Below are positions 28,632 to 36,800 of a DNA stretch of 64,000 bases, in pieces; position 1 is the stretch's first letter, and each line of letters starts with the position of its first letter. Both the position numbers and the translations under genes were made by a program. This DNA comes from a phage. The DNA is taken from sequence record OZ346219.1; one strand, given 5' to 3'. The notes under the pieces were generated by a model. It made no database searches, had not been told where the DNA came from, and saw nothing but the letters and a program-made list of their open reading frames with translations.

Positions 28632-28853
28632 TTAGATGACCTCTGCTTCACCATCCAGGAAGAAAGACCATGTTTTGTTAGGATAGCGAAGCGCCCATGA
28701 TTCAGCAGTTTTAACACCCGCTTCGAACAATTGACGGCTGGTTACTTTAGCCATACCATCTTCGATGGCAACGTTTTCAATAATCATCGGGTACTTAGCG
28801 CCACGCATGAAACCGAAACCAGCGGAAGATTTGATAATTTTAACAGTTGCCAT
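28632..28853 (-). CDS. MKIEIID-family small protein (divergent)
   Basis: MATVKIIKSSAGFGFMRGAKYPMIIENV; TAGGAGAATCAAAA leader downstream of promoter 28895-28923. Confidence 0.45.
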   Translation of the reverse strand: MATVKIIKSSAGFGFMRGAKYPMIIENVAIEDGMAKVTSRQLFEAGVKTAESWALRYPNKTWSFFLDGEAEVI

Positions 28854-28894
28854 TTTTGATTCTCCTAGAAAGTGTATCTCGTTTCGATGGGTGT

Positions 28895-28923
28895 ATTATG
28901 CAATAACACCGGATCGCTGTCAA
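28895..28923 (-). promoter_or_regulatory. Sigma70-like early promoter
   Basis: TTGACA-N17-CATAAT followed by conserved leader ACACCCATCGAAAC. Confidence 0.55.
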
Positions 28924-28940
28924 CACTTTCTAAGAAATTT

Positions 28941-29225
28941 TTAAACTAATCGAATATAGCCCAGAATTTCAGCACTTTTAGCCAGATCTAAAACTTCCCA
29001 TTCAAGGTCTCCATAGTCATAATTTGCAACCATCAACTGACCATTTTTCATGCAGCAATCATGAGAGAAAATTTGCCCCGCATAAACTACGATAGTGATA
29101 AACTTTCCTGATTCTGGCGGTGTGGAAGACAAAGCGACCATATGACCATTCAGCTTAGTCACCAGTGATGGAACAATAAAATTCGGGCTTACCTTAATAC
29201 CGTTAAATTCGTTTGTGTCTTTCAT
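28941..29225 (-). CDS. Hypothetical protein
   Basis: 94-aa track ORF. Confidence 0.4.
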   Translation of the reverse strand: MKDTNEFNGIKVSPNFIVPSLVTKLNGHMVALSSTPPESGKFITIVVYAGQIFSHDCCMKNGQLMVANYDYGDLEWEVLDLAKSAEILGYIRLV

Positions 29226-29572
29226 GCCAGACCTCGCAAAATACTAATAGCATAATCATGCTGGTTATTCATAATATCAATTGCATTGTGATAACGAGCT
29301 AAACCATCAAGGATAAATTCTTGTTTATCCTGTTTCAGTTTGGTATCACGCGCAGCCATAAGAGCATCAAGAACAGGTCCAAAGTGATTATCTAATTCAT
29401 CTTCGGTTGCAATATTTCCTATTGCCTCGTCGATCCGTGATTCTAATGCTTGCTTTTCGTTGATCACTTGCTGGGTATATTCCAACACATCAAGAATATC
29501 GCGGGTAACGTCGCCATGATAAGGTATTCCCGCATGAAGGTGATCAATTAGTCGTTGAATGTCAATGTTCAT
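29222..29572 (-). CDS. Hypothetical protein
   Basis: 116-aa track ORF. Confidence 0.4.
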   Translation of the reverse strand: MNIDIQRLIDHLHAGIPYHGDVTRDILDVLEYTQQVINEKQALESRIDEAIGNIATEDELDNHFGPVLDALMAARDTKLKQDKQEFILDGLARYHNAIDIMNNQHDYAISILRGLA

Positions 29573-29907
29573 TTGTAACCCTCCTCTGAAAGCACATCCC
29601 AGATCGTTGAGTCAAGGTGCATTAAATTCCACATAATAGAGTCATAACTAACGAAGCCAGAAGTAAAAATTACATCACACTGGCGATAGGTCTTATGAAA
29701 ATCGGTGGCTGTCTCTGCATCAATAGGCATATCGTCACCGGAAAGCACCAGACATTTAAGAATCATAACTCTGTTAGCCGTTGGCGCTTGCTTAGTCTTT
29801 TCAGCATATTTTTCGATGATCCGTTTTGCCTTTTCTTCTTTGATACGTCCAGACCAAATCCGGTTTCGGTATTGATTCATAATAATTTCAATCACATCAT
29901 TTTGCAT
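29569..29907 (-). CDS. Hypothetical protein
   Basis: 112-aa track ORF. Confidence 0.4.
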   Translation of the reverse strand: MQNDVIEIIMNQYRNRIWSGRIKEEKAKRIIEKYAEKTKQAPTANRVMILKCLVLSGDDMPIDAETATDFHKTYRQCDVIFTSGFVSYDSIMWNLMHLDSTIWDVLSEEGYK

Positions 29908-30106
29908 TCTTCACGGTCTCCATAATGGTTTTGTAAGCCAGTTTAAGATGATCACCGAAAAACTTTGCGGTGTTACCCTTCGGATCGCGGAGCATGGTTT
30001 CTACGATCTCATCGGCAGCAACAATTTCTCCTTTCTTTGCTGCATGTTCTACCATATACTTCAAAGTTTCTTCGGAAGCAAGTGCTGCGGCTACTGGATT
30101 AATCAT
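29897..30106 (-). CDS. Hypothetical small protein
   Basis: AAAGGAGAATCAAAA leader downstream of promoter 30136-30164. Confidence 0.4.
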   Translation of the reverse strand: MINPVAAALASEETLKYMVEHAAKKGEIVAADEIVETMLRDPKGNTAKFFGDHLKLAYKTIMETVKNAK

Positions 30107-30135
30107 TTTGATTCTCCTTTGTTGTCGATGTGTGC

Positions 30136-30164
30136 ATTATGATATACCCTATTCCGGTTGTCAA
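30136..30164 (-). promoter_or_regulatory. Sigma70-like early promoter
   Basis: TTGACA-N17-CATAAT after terminator 30172-30200. Confidence 0.55.
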
Positions 30165-30171
30165 CACCTAA

Positions 30172-30200
30172 AAACGAAAAAGCCACCCTTTCGGATGGCT
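30172..30200 (-). terminator. Rho-independent terminator
   Basis: Minus strand GCCATCCGAAAGGGTGGC then TTTTTCGTTTTT. Confidence 0.65.
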
Positions 30201-30433
30201 TTTGATTATATTTTATTCACGTCCATTTGTATAGTAGTGTTTGAATCGACCTTTGCTAAACTAGTTAAACATAGTAACCAATTCACCATCCCTTTCCAAT
30301 GATAACCCTTCCTCGTCTTAGACGGGTCTTCCGATTCGGCAGTAATTGAACACGCGAAAGTATGAGGAAGCCAAATAGTTGTGTTAATGCTAGTATTCTT
30401 TTACTTCTGGTATGCATCCCACGGTGACTAACA

Positions 30434-30832
30434 TTAAGACAGTCGAGTGAGTTTATAAATTGTTTTAAAACATAGAGCTTTGATATCGTCTAAAACGCTC
30501 TGTAACGAGCTATCAACATCATTATAAATCTCACTAGCCATTTGCGTTAACTCTTGCAAATAGGCAATTTCGCTAATCTCCTTGCGGACGACCAACGTTG
30601 GCTGATAACGACCAGTGATCCCAATATTGGTTTCAGTGAAATCATCAACCAATTCTTGCATTTCAAGATAGAACTCTTCTAGAGCCTTATGTTTTGCATA
30701 AGATCCAGGACCAGTTACCCCAAAATGCGCAGAATGCATATAAGTAACACTCATCAGACATTCACCGATAAAGCGGTCAACTTTATTAGCTTTCCCCTCT
30801 TCGGACGTCTTTAGAAAATCAATGAATTTCAT
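30434..30832 (-). CDS. Possible Dps/ferritin-like protein
   Basis: 132 aa from ATG 30832 (GGAGAA SD); YMHSAHFGVTGPGSYAKHKALEEFYLEMQELVDDF resembles the Dps helix-A/B signature (AHWNMRG..F..HE....); call is motif-level only. Confidence 0.35.
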   Translation of the reverse strand: MKFIDFLKTSEEGKANKVDRFIGECLMSVTYMHSAHFGVTGPGSYAKHKALEEFYLEMQELVDDFTETNIGITGRYQPTLVVRKEISEIAYLQELTQMASEIYNDVDSSLQSVLDDIKALCFKTIYKLTRLS

Positions 30833-31121
30833 GTTCTCTATTCTCCATATTATGCAACATAACAAACTGTTGTGCGGCATATTCCCCCATAATAAAACAC
30901 TGCTTAGAATCCATACATTTACTACGAGCATACATCTTCATAATATGGGCATGAAATTTCTGGCTGGTTTCAATGGAAGGAGATATTTTGTTTACATATA
31001 CTATCATTGCACCGTCGAAATAATCAGTAAAGTCACCAGTTGGATCATATTGATCAGCACTGACACTTCCGACCGCAGTCAAGCATATTGCCGCTGTTAG
31101 AGTTTTACGAATAAATGACAT
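30819..31121 (-). CDS. Secreted/periplasmic small protein
   Basis: 100 aa; N-terminal signal-peptide-like MSFIRKTLTAAICLTAVGSVSA; overlaps next gene start by 14 nt. Confidence 0.4.
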   Translation of the reverse strand: MSFIRKTLTAAICLTAVGSVSADQYDPTGDFTDYFDGAMIVYVNKISPSIETSQKFHAHIMKMYARSKCMDSKQCFIMGEYAAQQFVMLHNMENREHEIH

Positions 31122-31189
31122 AAGTCATTCCCCCAGATTTAAAATATTCAGTTATATTTATAATCTGGGGCTTTATTTATGATTAACTC

Positions 31190-31786
31190 TTAGTTGGTAG
31201 TGCCATCAATAAAATGTTTACGGCACACAGAAACATATTTATCCTCTGCACCAACTTCGATTTGAGCACCATCGCGAATAACATTACCCTCTTTATCTAC
31301 ACGAAGGACCATTGTTGCTTTCTTGCCACAATGACAAATACCCTTCATTTCGACCAGTTTATCAGCAAATGCCATCAATGCCGCAGATCCTTCAAATAGA
31401 TTGCCCTGAAAGTCAGTGCGAAGGCCATAGCACAGTACAGGGATATTTGCATCATCAACAAGCGCACACAAGCCTAAAACATGCTCTTTAGTCATAAATT
31501 GGGCTTCATCTACAAATACAGCATCAGGACGCCAGAGATCTGGTCTACGCTTACCTAACGATTCACGATAAACCAAGTCGAAAAGATCATCCGATTCCGT
31601 GAAGGTGATTGCGGGAGCACTTAGACCAATTCGTGAAACAACTTCACTTTCTGAATCTCGATTATCAATCGCTGGCTTAAGAATTAATACTCGCATATCA
31701 CGTTCGGTATAGTTATAAGCACTTTGTAACAGAGAAGTTGATTTGCCAGCGTTCATAGATGCATAGTAGAAATATAGTTGCGCCAT
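31190..31786 (-). CDS. tk: Thymidine kinase
   Basis: 198 aa; P-loop MNAGKSTSLL, VDEAQF, CHCGKKA zinc site; aligns to recalled T4 Tk; GGAG SD. Confidence 0.9.
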   Translation of the reverse strand: MAQLYFYYASMNAGKSTSLLQSAYNYTERDMRVLILKPAIDNRDSESEVVSRIGLSAPAITFTESDDLFDLVYRESLGKRRPDLWRPDAVFVDEAQFMTKEHVLGLCALVDDANIPVLCYGLRTDFQGNLFEGSAALMAFADKLVEMKGICHCGKKATMVLRVDKEGNVIRDGAQIEVGAEDKYVSVCRKHFIDGTTN

Positions 31787-32079
31787 TAATTAATCTCCAA
31801 AAATCCAGCAAGACCTAAACCGATATAAGTCCAGATACAAAGGAAAAAGAAGCAAACACCCATAGCAAAGATAAATCCGCGTAGTGTCTTTGGATAACCT
31901 ACCCAATATTCCCGACCATCTTCTAACCGGATCAACTTATTGCCTTGCGAGTCCATATCAACTACAACATGTTTATTTCGAGATTGCAATAGATATTGTT
32001 TTACAATCTCTACACCCGACATAATAACAATAACGAAAATAAAAATCCACACAACAAGATTAATGATAGTCTCAAGCAT
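31786..32079 (-). CDS. Hypothetical membrane protein
   Basis: 97 aa with two hydrophobic helices. Confidence 0.4.
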   Translation of the reverse strand: MLETIINLVVWIFIFVIVIMSGVEIVKQYLLQSRNKHVVVDMDSQGNKLIRLEDGREYWVGYPKTLRGFIFAMGVCFFFLCIWTYIGLGLAGFLEIN

Positions 32080-32314
32080 TTTCTATCACCTCCACCCAAT
32101 CAGGCGTTTCCTGAAAGACTCCTTCGCCTTCATGATGGTCGCAACCTTTATTGCTGCAATACATCCACCAATCCCACATTCCCCACGGTAAACGCTGCAT
32201 ATCGTCGTTACAGCAAGTGAAGATGATAGGCCAACCACATCTAACACATCGGCAGTTTTCTTTCATGTGAGCGGTATTAGGCTTCTTCATAGATGACTCC
32301 AATATAATCGACAT
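32072..32314 (-). CDS. Hypothetical Cys/Trp-rich protein
   Basis: 80-aa track ORF; CRCVRCGW...CCND...CSNKGCDHH. Confidence 0.35.
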   Translation of the reverse strand: MSIILESSMKKPNTAHMKENCRCVRCGWPIIFTCCNDDMQRLPWGMWDWWMYCSNKGCDHHEGEGVFQETPDWVEVIENA

Positions 32315-32517
32315 TTACATTTAGGGCAATGCGGTTCTTTAATATAATACCCGTCTGTCTTTGGAACACTAACAGGAGCGGTTTTTATATTGTATTCGGT
32401 GAAACAACGAAAACAAGTTACGTTTTCTACAGACTGACGTTTCACCCAATCACCGGAATATAGATCATTTTTATTTGTCATATTCAACCACCACAATGTT
32501 AATGTCTGGAGTAGCAA
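32287..32517 (-). CDS. Hypothetical zinc-ribbon-like protein
   Basis: 76-aa track ORF; CFRCF...CPKCKC. Confidence 0.35.
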   Translation of the reverse strand: MLLQTLTLWWLNMTNKNDLYSGDWVKRQSVENVTCFRCFTEYNIKTAPVSVPKTDGYYIKEPHCPKCKCRLYWSHL

Positions 32518-32926
32518 TATTAATGATCTCTTCTACACATTCCCACTCAAGGCCACCGATACCGCAACCGATTTTAGGAATATAGAAAGGCTGTATAGCA
32601 CCCTCAAAAACATCATTGAGAGACTCAAATCCTTTCAGGATAGCACCATATTCAGCATTTGGACCCGGTCGGAATTGGGTATAGAGATTCACCCCGCACC
32701 AGTTATAACCATTAACTTGATGCGTCCAGACACTAAACCCACCCAGCTTTTCGACCTTACCGCGAGAAGTTTGCTTGTCAATCTCTAACGCTTGCGGGAA
32801 CTCTTTCGCGATCTTCGCAGCAATACCAGCACCCATAGTATGAAAACAATTACAACCATGAATTAAATGACCGTTTCCTTGTTTAAACAGGGCGATGAGA
32901 TCGCCCTTTACAGTATCAATAATCAT
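32471..32926 (-). CDS. Macro-domain protein (ADP-ribose binding/hydrolase fold)
   Basis: 151 aa; IIDTVKGDLIALFKQGNGHLIHGCNCFHTMGAGIAAKI parallels the macro N-terminal signature (V.GDIT...VNAAN...GGGVDGAI); C-terminal PKIGCGIGGL parallels the P-loop-like IGTGVYG; GAGAGG SD. Confidence 0.55.
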   Translation of the reverse strand: MIIDTVKGDLIALFKQGNGHLIHGCNCFHTMGAGIAAKIAKEFPQALEIDKQTSRGKVEKLGGFSVWTHQVNGYNWCGVNLYTQFRPGPNAEYGAILKGFESLNDVFEGAIQPFYIPKIGCGIGGLEWECVEEIINIATPDINIVVVEYDK

Positions 32927-32941
32927 AATATAAACCTCTCA

Positions 32942-33301
32942 TTAGTCACGGGAAGACAACCCAGCCATAAAACGGCTTAACAGTGTGTCGCGATAAGCAA
33001 AGCATAATTGCTTATCAGGGGCAGTATCACACAGGTTACGTTTTGTTTTAGCAAAGCTGGCAATACTCAGATCCCACGCTCGATTTTTTCGTTTTTCGTC
33101 TCGACCTTGTTTGTATGCTTCATCAAGTTCGAGCGCGATAAAATCACTACACATGTTATCATCATCACAGAAAGTTTTAATGATCTTTTTGTTGATCTCA
33201 AATCCTTTGTATTCAAACTTTGGATAAGGGCGCTCATTACTAGCAAGCGCACCAGCAGAGAACATCATAGCAATCATAGCAATTATTGTCAACTTTTTCA
33301 T
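32942..33301 (-). CDS. Secreted/periplasmic protein
   Basis: 119 aa; signal-peptide-like MKKLTIIAMIAMMFSAGALAS; GAGGAA SD. Confidence 0.45.
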   Translation of the reverse strand: MKKLTIIAMIAMMFSAGALASNERPYPKFEYKGFEINKKIIKTFCDDDNMCSDFIALELDEAYKQGRDEKRKNRAWDLSIASFAKTKRNLCDTAPDKQLCFAYRDTLLSRFMAGLSSRD

Positions 33302-33308
33302 ATATTCC

Positions 33309-33899
33309 TCAATAGCGTTTAGTCTTAAGAATGCCTTTACTCTTTAGATGGTTAGCCTTTTTTAGTACGTCATCAGCATAACCTAATCCGGCTTTATAGT
33401 TCCATCCAGCATTGTAAGAAGCTAGCGCGAGTCGGATATTACCGTTTCGAACATCCAGCCAGTATGCTAACTCATCCATCGCGTAGAATGCAGAAACCTC
33501 GCGATTCATGATAAAGTTGATAGTCTGGCGATCACTCATTTTAACACCGCGCTTTGCATTTTTCGCTTTCACCGTTTTAAGGTAATTTTGAAATAATCCA
33601 TAAGCATGATGATTTTTCTTTGGTGCTAAGTTTGCACCCGCGCTTGATTCTTGCCATGCGATACCCGCCAGGATGTGACCTAAACCCTTTCCGTTATAGC
33701 GAATATTCGGATGGTCCTTTTTCAACTTACCGCTTTTCTCGAATTGTTCGCCGTATTGATAGGCGAAATGTAAATTATCTAGTTGGTGTGCTGTAAAGTT
33801 GTCTATCGGCGCTTTTTTGATCGGTGCGCTAGTCGATGCGTGTGTAGCACCAACGGCTAGTGACAGACTCAATACTATCGCTTTTAGAACTTTTAACAT
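33309..33899 (-). CDS. Lytic transglycosylase (SLT domain) with signal peptide
   Basis: 196 aa; signal-like N-terminus; SLT motifs IAWQESS, YGLFQ, SYNAGWN; AGGAGA SD. Confidence 0.65.
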   Translation of the reverse strand: MLKVLKAIVLSLSLAVGATHASTSAPIKKAPIDNFTAHQLDNLHFAYQYGEQFEKSGKLKKDHPNIRYNGKGLGHILAGIAWQESSAGANLAPKKNHHAYGLFQNYLKTVKAKNAKRGVKMSDRQTINFIMNREVSAFYAMDELAYWLDVRNGNIRLALASYNAGWNYKAGLGYADDVLKKANHLKSKGILKTKRY

Positions 33900-33984
33900 T
33901 AATTTCTCCTGTTTGGCTTAACTTTCTGATTCCATAATATAGCCATATCACCAGAAAGTCAAGCATTATTTTAACCAATCTCCA

Positions 33985-34407
33985 TTATTGGTCTACCTTC
34001 AAAACAACAGCCGACATTTTACCCGCCAGTCGTTTTGGATTCTCTATAATCATTCGGCAGCATAGACCGTGATATGGCTTACCCTCTTCGATTAGATCTA
34101 CTGTCATCCCGATCCACATGTTACCGTCAGTAATTTCTAATCGATTCGGTCGGTCTTCCATTTTCAGGAAGTCGAAGATCTCCGGCAAACGAGTTTCTAT
34201 CTTATTGAATAGTTCCATTGTCTTATGTTCATCGATATGACGATCGGTTAGACGGTCGATCATATGCGGACTAAAGCGAATGAAAATATACTCACCATAA
34301 CCATCATTCAAGCACTTTTCTTTGATCTTCGCATTGGTTTTGCGCATTTCGGTTTCGAAGAATCTACGCAGCTTACTACGGCGAACATGTACGTTAATTG
34401 TTTCCAT
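33985..34407 (-). CDS. Hypothetical protein
   Basis: ATG 34407 with AAGGA SD. Confidence 0.4.
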   Translation of the reverse strand: METINVHVRRSKLRRFFETEMRKTNAKIKEKCLNDGYGEYIFIRFSPHMIDRLTDRHIDEHKTMELFNKIETRLPEIFDFLKMEDRPNRLEITDGNMWIGMTVDLIEEGKPYHGLCCRMIIENPKRLAGKMSAVVLKVDQ

Positions 34408-34411
34408 TTTA

Positions 34412-34747
34412 TTATCCTTTCTTAAACAAATTGCGAATCCAGTATACAAACGGGATTTCTTTAAACTTGAATTTCTCTATAGTTAATTCTTTAGTAGCAA
34501 GATGAATACCATAAGCATCATGTGTCACGATATGCCATTTTCTATAGTCCAAATGTGAACAACCGTCTGGATCTAGGTTAATAAGAGTTTCTCGCTCACT
34601 AGGATTATTTTTCCACAATTTTGTAATAGGATCGCACATAATTCGACCTAGCGTACCATGAATAATCTCACAACGGTAAAGTTTTCCAGCAGTGAGATAG
34701 GCGCACCCGTCATAGTCGGTATAAACAAACACTTCTTTAACACTCAT
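34412..34747 (-). CDS. CSHL-family protein (long form)
   Basis: ATG 34747 with AAGGAG SD downstream of promoter 34776-34804; DPDGCSHLDYRKWHIV. Confidence 0.4.
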   Translation of the reverse strand: MSVKEVFVYTDYDGCAYLTAGKLYRCEIIHGTLGRIMCDPITKLWKNNPSERETLINLDPDGCSHLDYRKWHIVTHDAYGIHLATKELTIEKFKFKEIPFVYWIRNLFKKG

Positions 34748-34775
34748 TTTAATACTCCTTTGTTTCGATGGGGGT

Positions 34776-34804
34776 ATATTACTACCCCCGTTTTGTTGTG
34801 TCAA
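34776..34804 (-). promoter_or_regulatory. Sigma70-like early promoter with stem-loop over -10
   Basis: TTGACA-N17-TAATAT; GGGGGTA/TACCCCC hairpin. Confidence 0.5.
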
Positions 34805-35065
34805 CTACTTTTTCAAGATTTTTTTAATTGCGTTCCAAAGACCTTTATTCTCAGGTTGTTTTGGTTCTTCGATCAGTGTCCAGGTTCGACCGTCTAAGTG
34901 TGCGCAATTTTTAAGACAAATAAAAATCTGGTGTCCTTTATCATCACGGATATAACCACTATTCGCAAATCTTTCATGTGGTGTATATTCATACAGTGTA
35001 TTTGGTGTAATATACTTGCGGTTACTATAAGGTGTCATCACATACATCATGGTACTAACTCCCAA
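34805..35065 (-). CDS. CSHL-family small protein
   Basis: 86-aa track ORF; KNCAHLDGRTWTLI. Confidence 0.4.
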   Translation of the reverse strand: MGVSTMMYVMTPYSNRKYITPNTLYEYTPHERFANSGYIRDDKGHQIFICLKNCAHLDGRTWTLIEEPKQPENKGLWNAIKKILKK

Positions 35066-35241
35066 CGATCACCGCGAAGATGAGAACATCCACCATCAAG
35101 AAGGATCGTAATACGATAACCTATATCATCTTTGATGTAACCGATTGTCGGTGGATTTTCGTAGTCTCGTGTCGGGGTAAAATCATACATCTTTCCTGGC
35201 GTAATATCTTGTCCTTTATTGCTATTGGTATAAACTTTCAT
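35047..35241 (-). CDS. CSHL-family small protein
   Basis: 64-aa track ORF; DGGCSHLRGDRWELV. Confidence 0.4.
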   Translation of the reverse strand: MKVYTNSNKGQDITPGKMYDFTPTRDYENPPTIGYIKDDIGYRITILLDGGCSHLRGDRWELVP

Positions 35242-35262
35242 TTTCTTAATCTCCTATATTAA

Positions 35263-35709
35263 CTAACCACGGGTATAGTGTTCCAGAACAACGGTCAGAT
35301 GAATATATTCTAATAAATCTTTCCAAAAGTCAACATCTGGTTCTTCCGGCATACCGTTTTTCTTTGCCTCTTCACGAGCGAGTTTAACCCGCTCGTAGAG
35401 ATCTTTCAATTCTTCCCGCACATTATCAAAGGTTCTTTCTCCTAACTTACACGCTAAAATAGAAGAACGTCGCGCGAGCGGGAATTGTAGATCACCTGTC
35501 TGATAGATTTCAAGTAGCTGATAACCAACACGCAGAGCATGAGAAAGATCTTTCCAGTTACTGAAATACTTTTCAGATTTGGCTACCTGCTTTTTGAGAT
35601 AGCCAGACAAACCCCACATACCAACATGATAGAATTTATCTCGATGTGTTCGGATGTATTCCCATTCTCTGGAGGATTCAATCAACATGTTACTAGGAGC
35701 GTGCACCAT
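35263..35709 (-). CDS. Hypothetical protein
   Basis: 148-aa track ORF; no SD at either candidate ATG; 5' end overlapped by HNH gene. Confidence 0.35.
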   Translation of the reverse strand: MVHAPSNMLIESSREWEYIRTHRDKFYHVGMWGLSGYLKKQVAKSEKYFSNWKDLSHALRVGYQLLEIYQTGDLQFPLARRSSILACKLGERTFDNVREELKDLYERVKLAREEAKKNGMPEEPDVDFWKDLLEYIHLTVVLEHYTRG

Positions 35710-36140
35710 GTCAATTTAGCCATGTGATGCATTTCACCCCAACATTTATTAAGACCTGTCTCTTTAGCATGAATGAGATTTTCAGATTTGCTAGTCCATT
35801 CCAAATTATACAGGTCAAAATTTCTTTTGTTTCCATCCTTATGATTCACTTCCGGCAAATTATAAGGATTCGGTATAAACGCAACAGCAAGAACTCTATG
35901 CATATTTAAAGTTTGCTTTATTCCTAACGGTCGGTTACGAACAGTAAACTTTGCATAGTTGTTAGTCTCAGGAATCCATATAGAAATAAGATTACCGCTT
36001 TTCTTATTCCTGATTTTACCATAAGAACTAACTTCAAACAAGTCTATCGGGTGAAAATAATCAATAACTTTCCACTCTTCATCATGGTCATCACAATATC
36101 GTTTCACATCATACCCTCTTCTATAAAAACTTAAAAACAT
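35682..36140 (-). CDS. HNH homing endonuclease
   Basis: VNHKDGNKRNFDLYNLEWTSKSEN HNH core; ATG 36140 without SD, directly after terminator 36151-36183. Confidence 0.75.
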   Translation of the reverse strand: MFLSFYRRGYDVKRYCDDHDEEWKVIDYFHPIDLFEVSSYGKIRNKKSGNLISIWIPETNNYAKFTVRNRPLGIKQTLNMHRVLAVAFIPNPYNLPEVNHKDGNKRNFDLYNLEWTSKSENLIHAKETGLNKCWGEMHHMAKLTWCTLLVTC

Positions 36141-36150
36141 AATATCAGAT

Positions 36151-36183
36151 TTTATAGAAAAGGGCAACCCCTAAAGGTTGCCA
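36151..36183 (-). terminator. Terminator after the peptidase gene
   Basis: Minus strand GGCAACCTTTAGGGGTTGCC then CTTTTCT. Confidence 0.5.
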
Positions 36184-36189
36184 CATAGT

Positions 36190-36579
36190 TTATTTTGGAT
36201 CTTGGTATTTGCTGTGTGGTAGCTGAAAATGAACACCGTCTTTAAACGATACCCAATCCCCACCCCATTCAACAGGAACACCCAATTCTCGACCAGCTTG
36301 TTTAAATGCATCAGCGATCATGCGGTAGTATTTCATGTTCCATGTATCCTTATCTTTCGGATACGCCACAACGTCAACCGCGAAACCGTGAAGATGACGA
36401 GATTTCATAGTCTTAGATTTACCTTCCGCAACATATTTCTTTTGCGTTTCTAGACTACGCACACCTTCCGTAATACCAAAATCGACCGGAGTCAGTTCTA
36501 ATGCACGATGAACGACTTTTACCAGGTCTGGATGTACACCAACAAGCCGATCTTTGCTTCTTTGAGATAATTTAAACAT
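36190..36579 (-). CDS. L-alanyl-D-glutamate peptidase (M15-type endolysin candidate)
   Basis: 129 aa; SKDRLVGVHPDLV and HLHGFAVDV typical of zinc D-Ala-D-Ala carboxypeptidase/VanY-like phage endolysins; AGGGGGTGA SD. Confidence 0.7.
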   Translation of the reverse strand: MFKLSQRSKDRLVGVHPDLVKVVHRALELTPVDFGITEGVRSLETQKKYVAEGKSKTMKSRHLHGFAVDVVAYPKDKDTWNMKYYRMIADAFKQAGRELGVPVEWGGDWVSFKDGVHFQLPHSKYQDPK

Positions 36580-36607
36580 TATTCACCCCCTTTGTGAGTG
36601 ATAATAT

Positions 36608-36799
36608 TTAGATTCCGGCGATCCTGCATAGAGTTCTTGTATTAGCACCAATAAGGATAGCATTAACGACAACCATTCCCCAATCAACCCACTGATTATT
36701 ATAAATGCTAAACCCGTTTGCAAGACCAAATACAAGCATTCCGGTACACATACTCAGAGCAATAATCAACATCACGGTAAAACCAAATGCAAATCTCAT
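36608..36799 (-). CDS. Small membrane protein
   Basis: 63 aa, two predicted TM helices; AAGGA SD. Confidence 0.4.
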   Translation of the reverse strand: MRFAFGFTVMLIIALSMCTGMLVFGLANGFSIYNNQWVDWGMVVVNAILIGANTRTLCRIAGI

Positions 36800-36800
36800 A

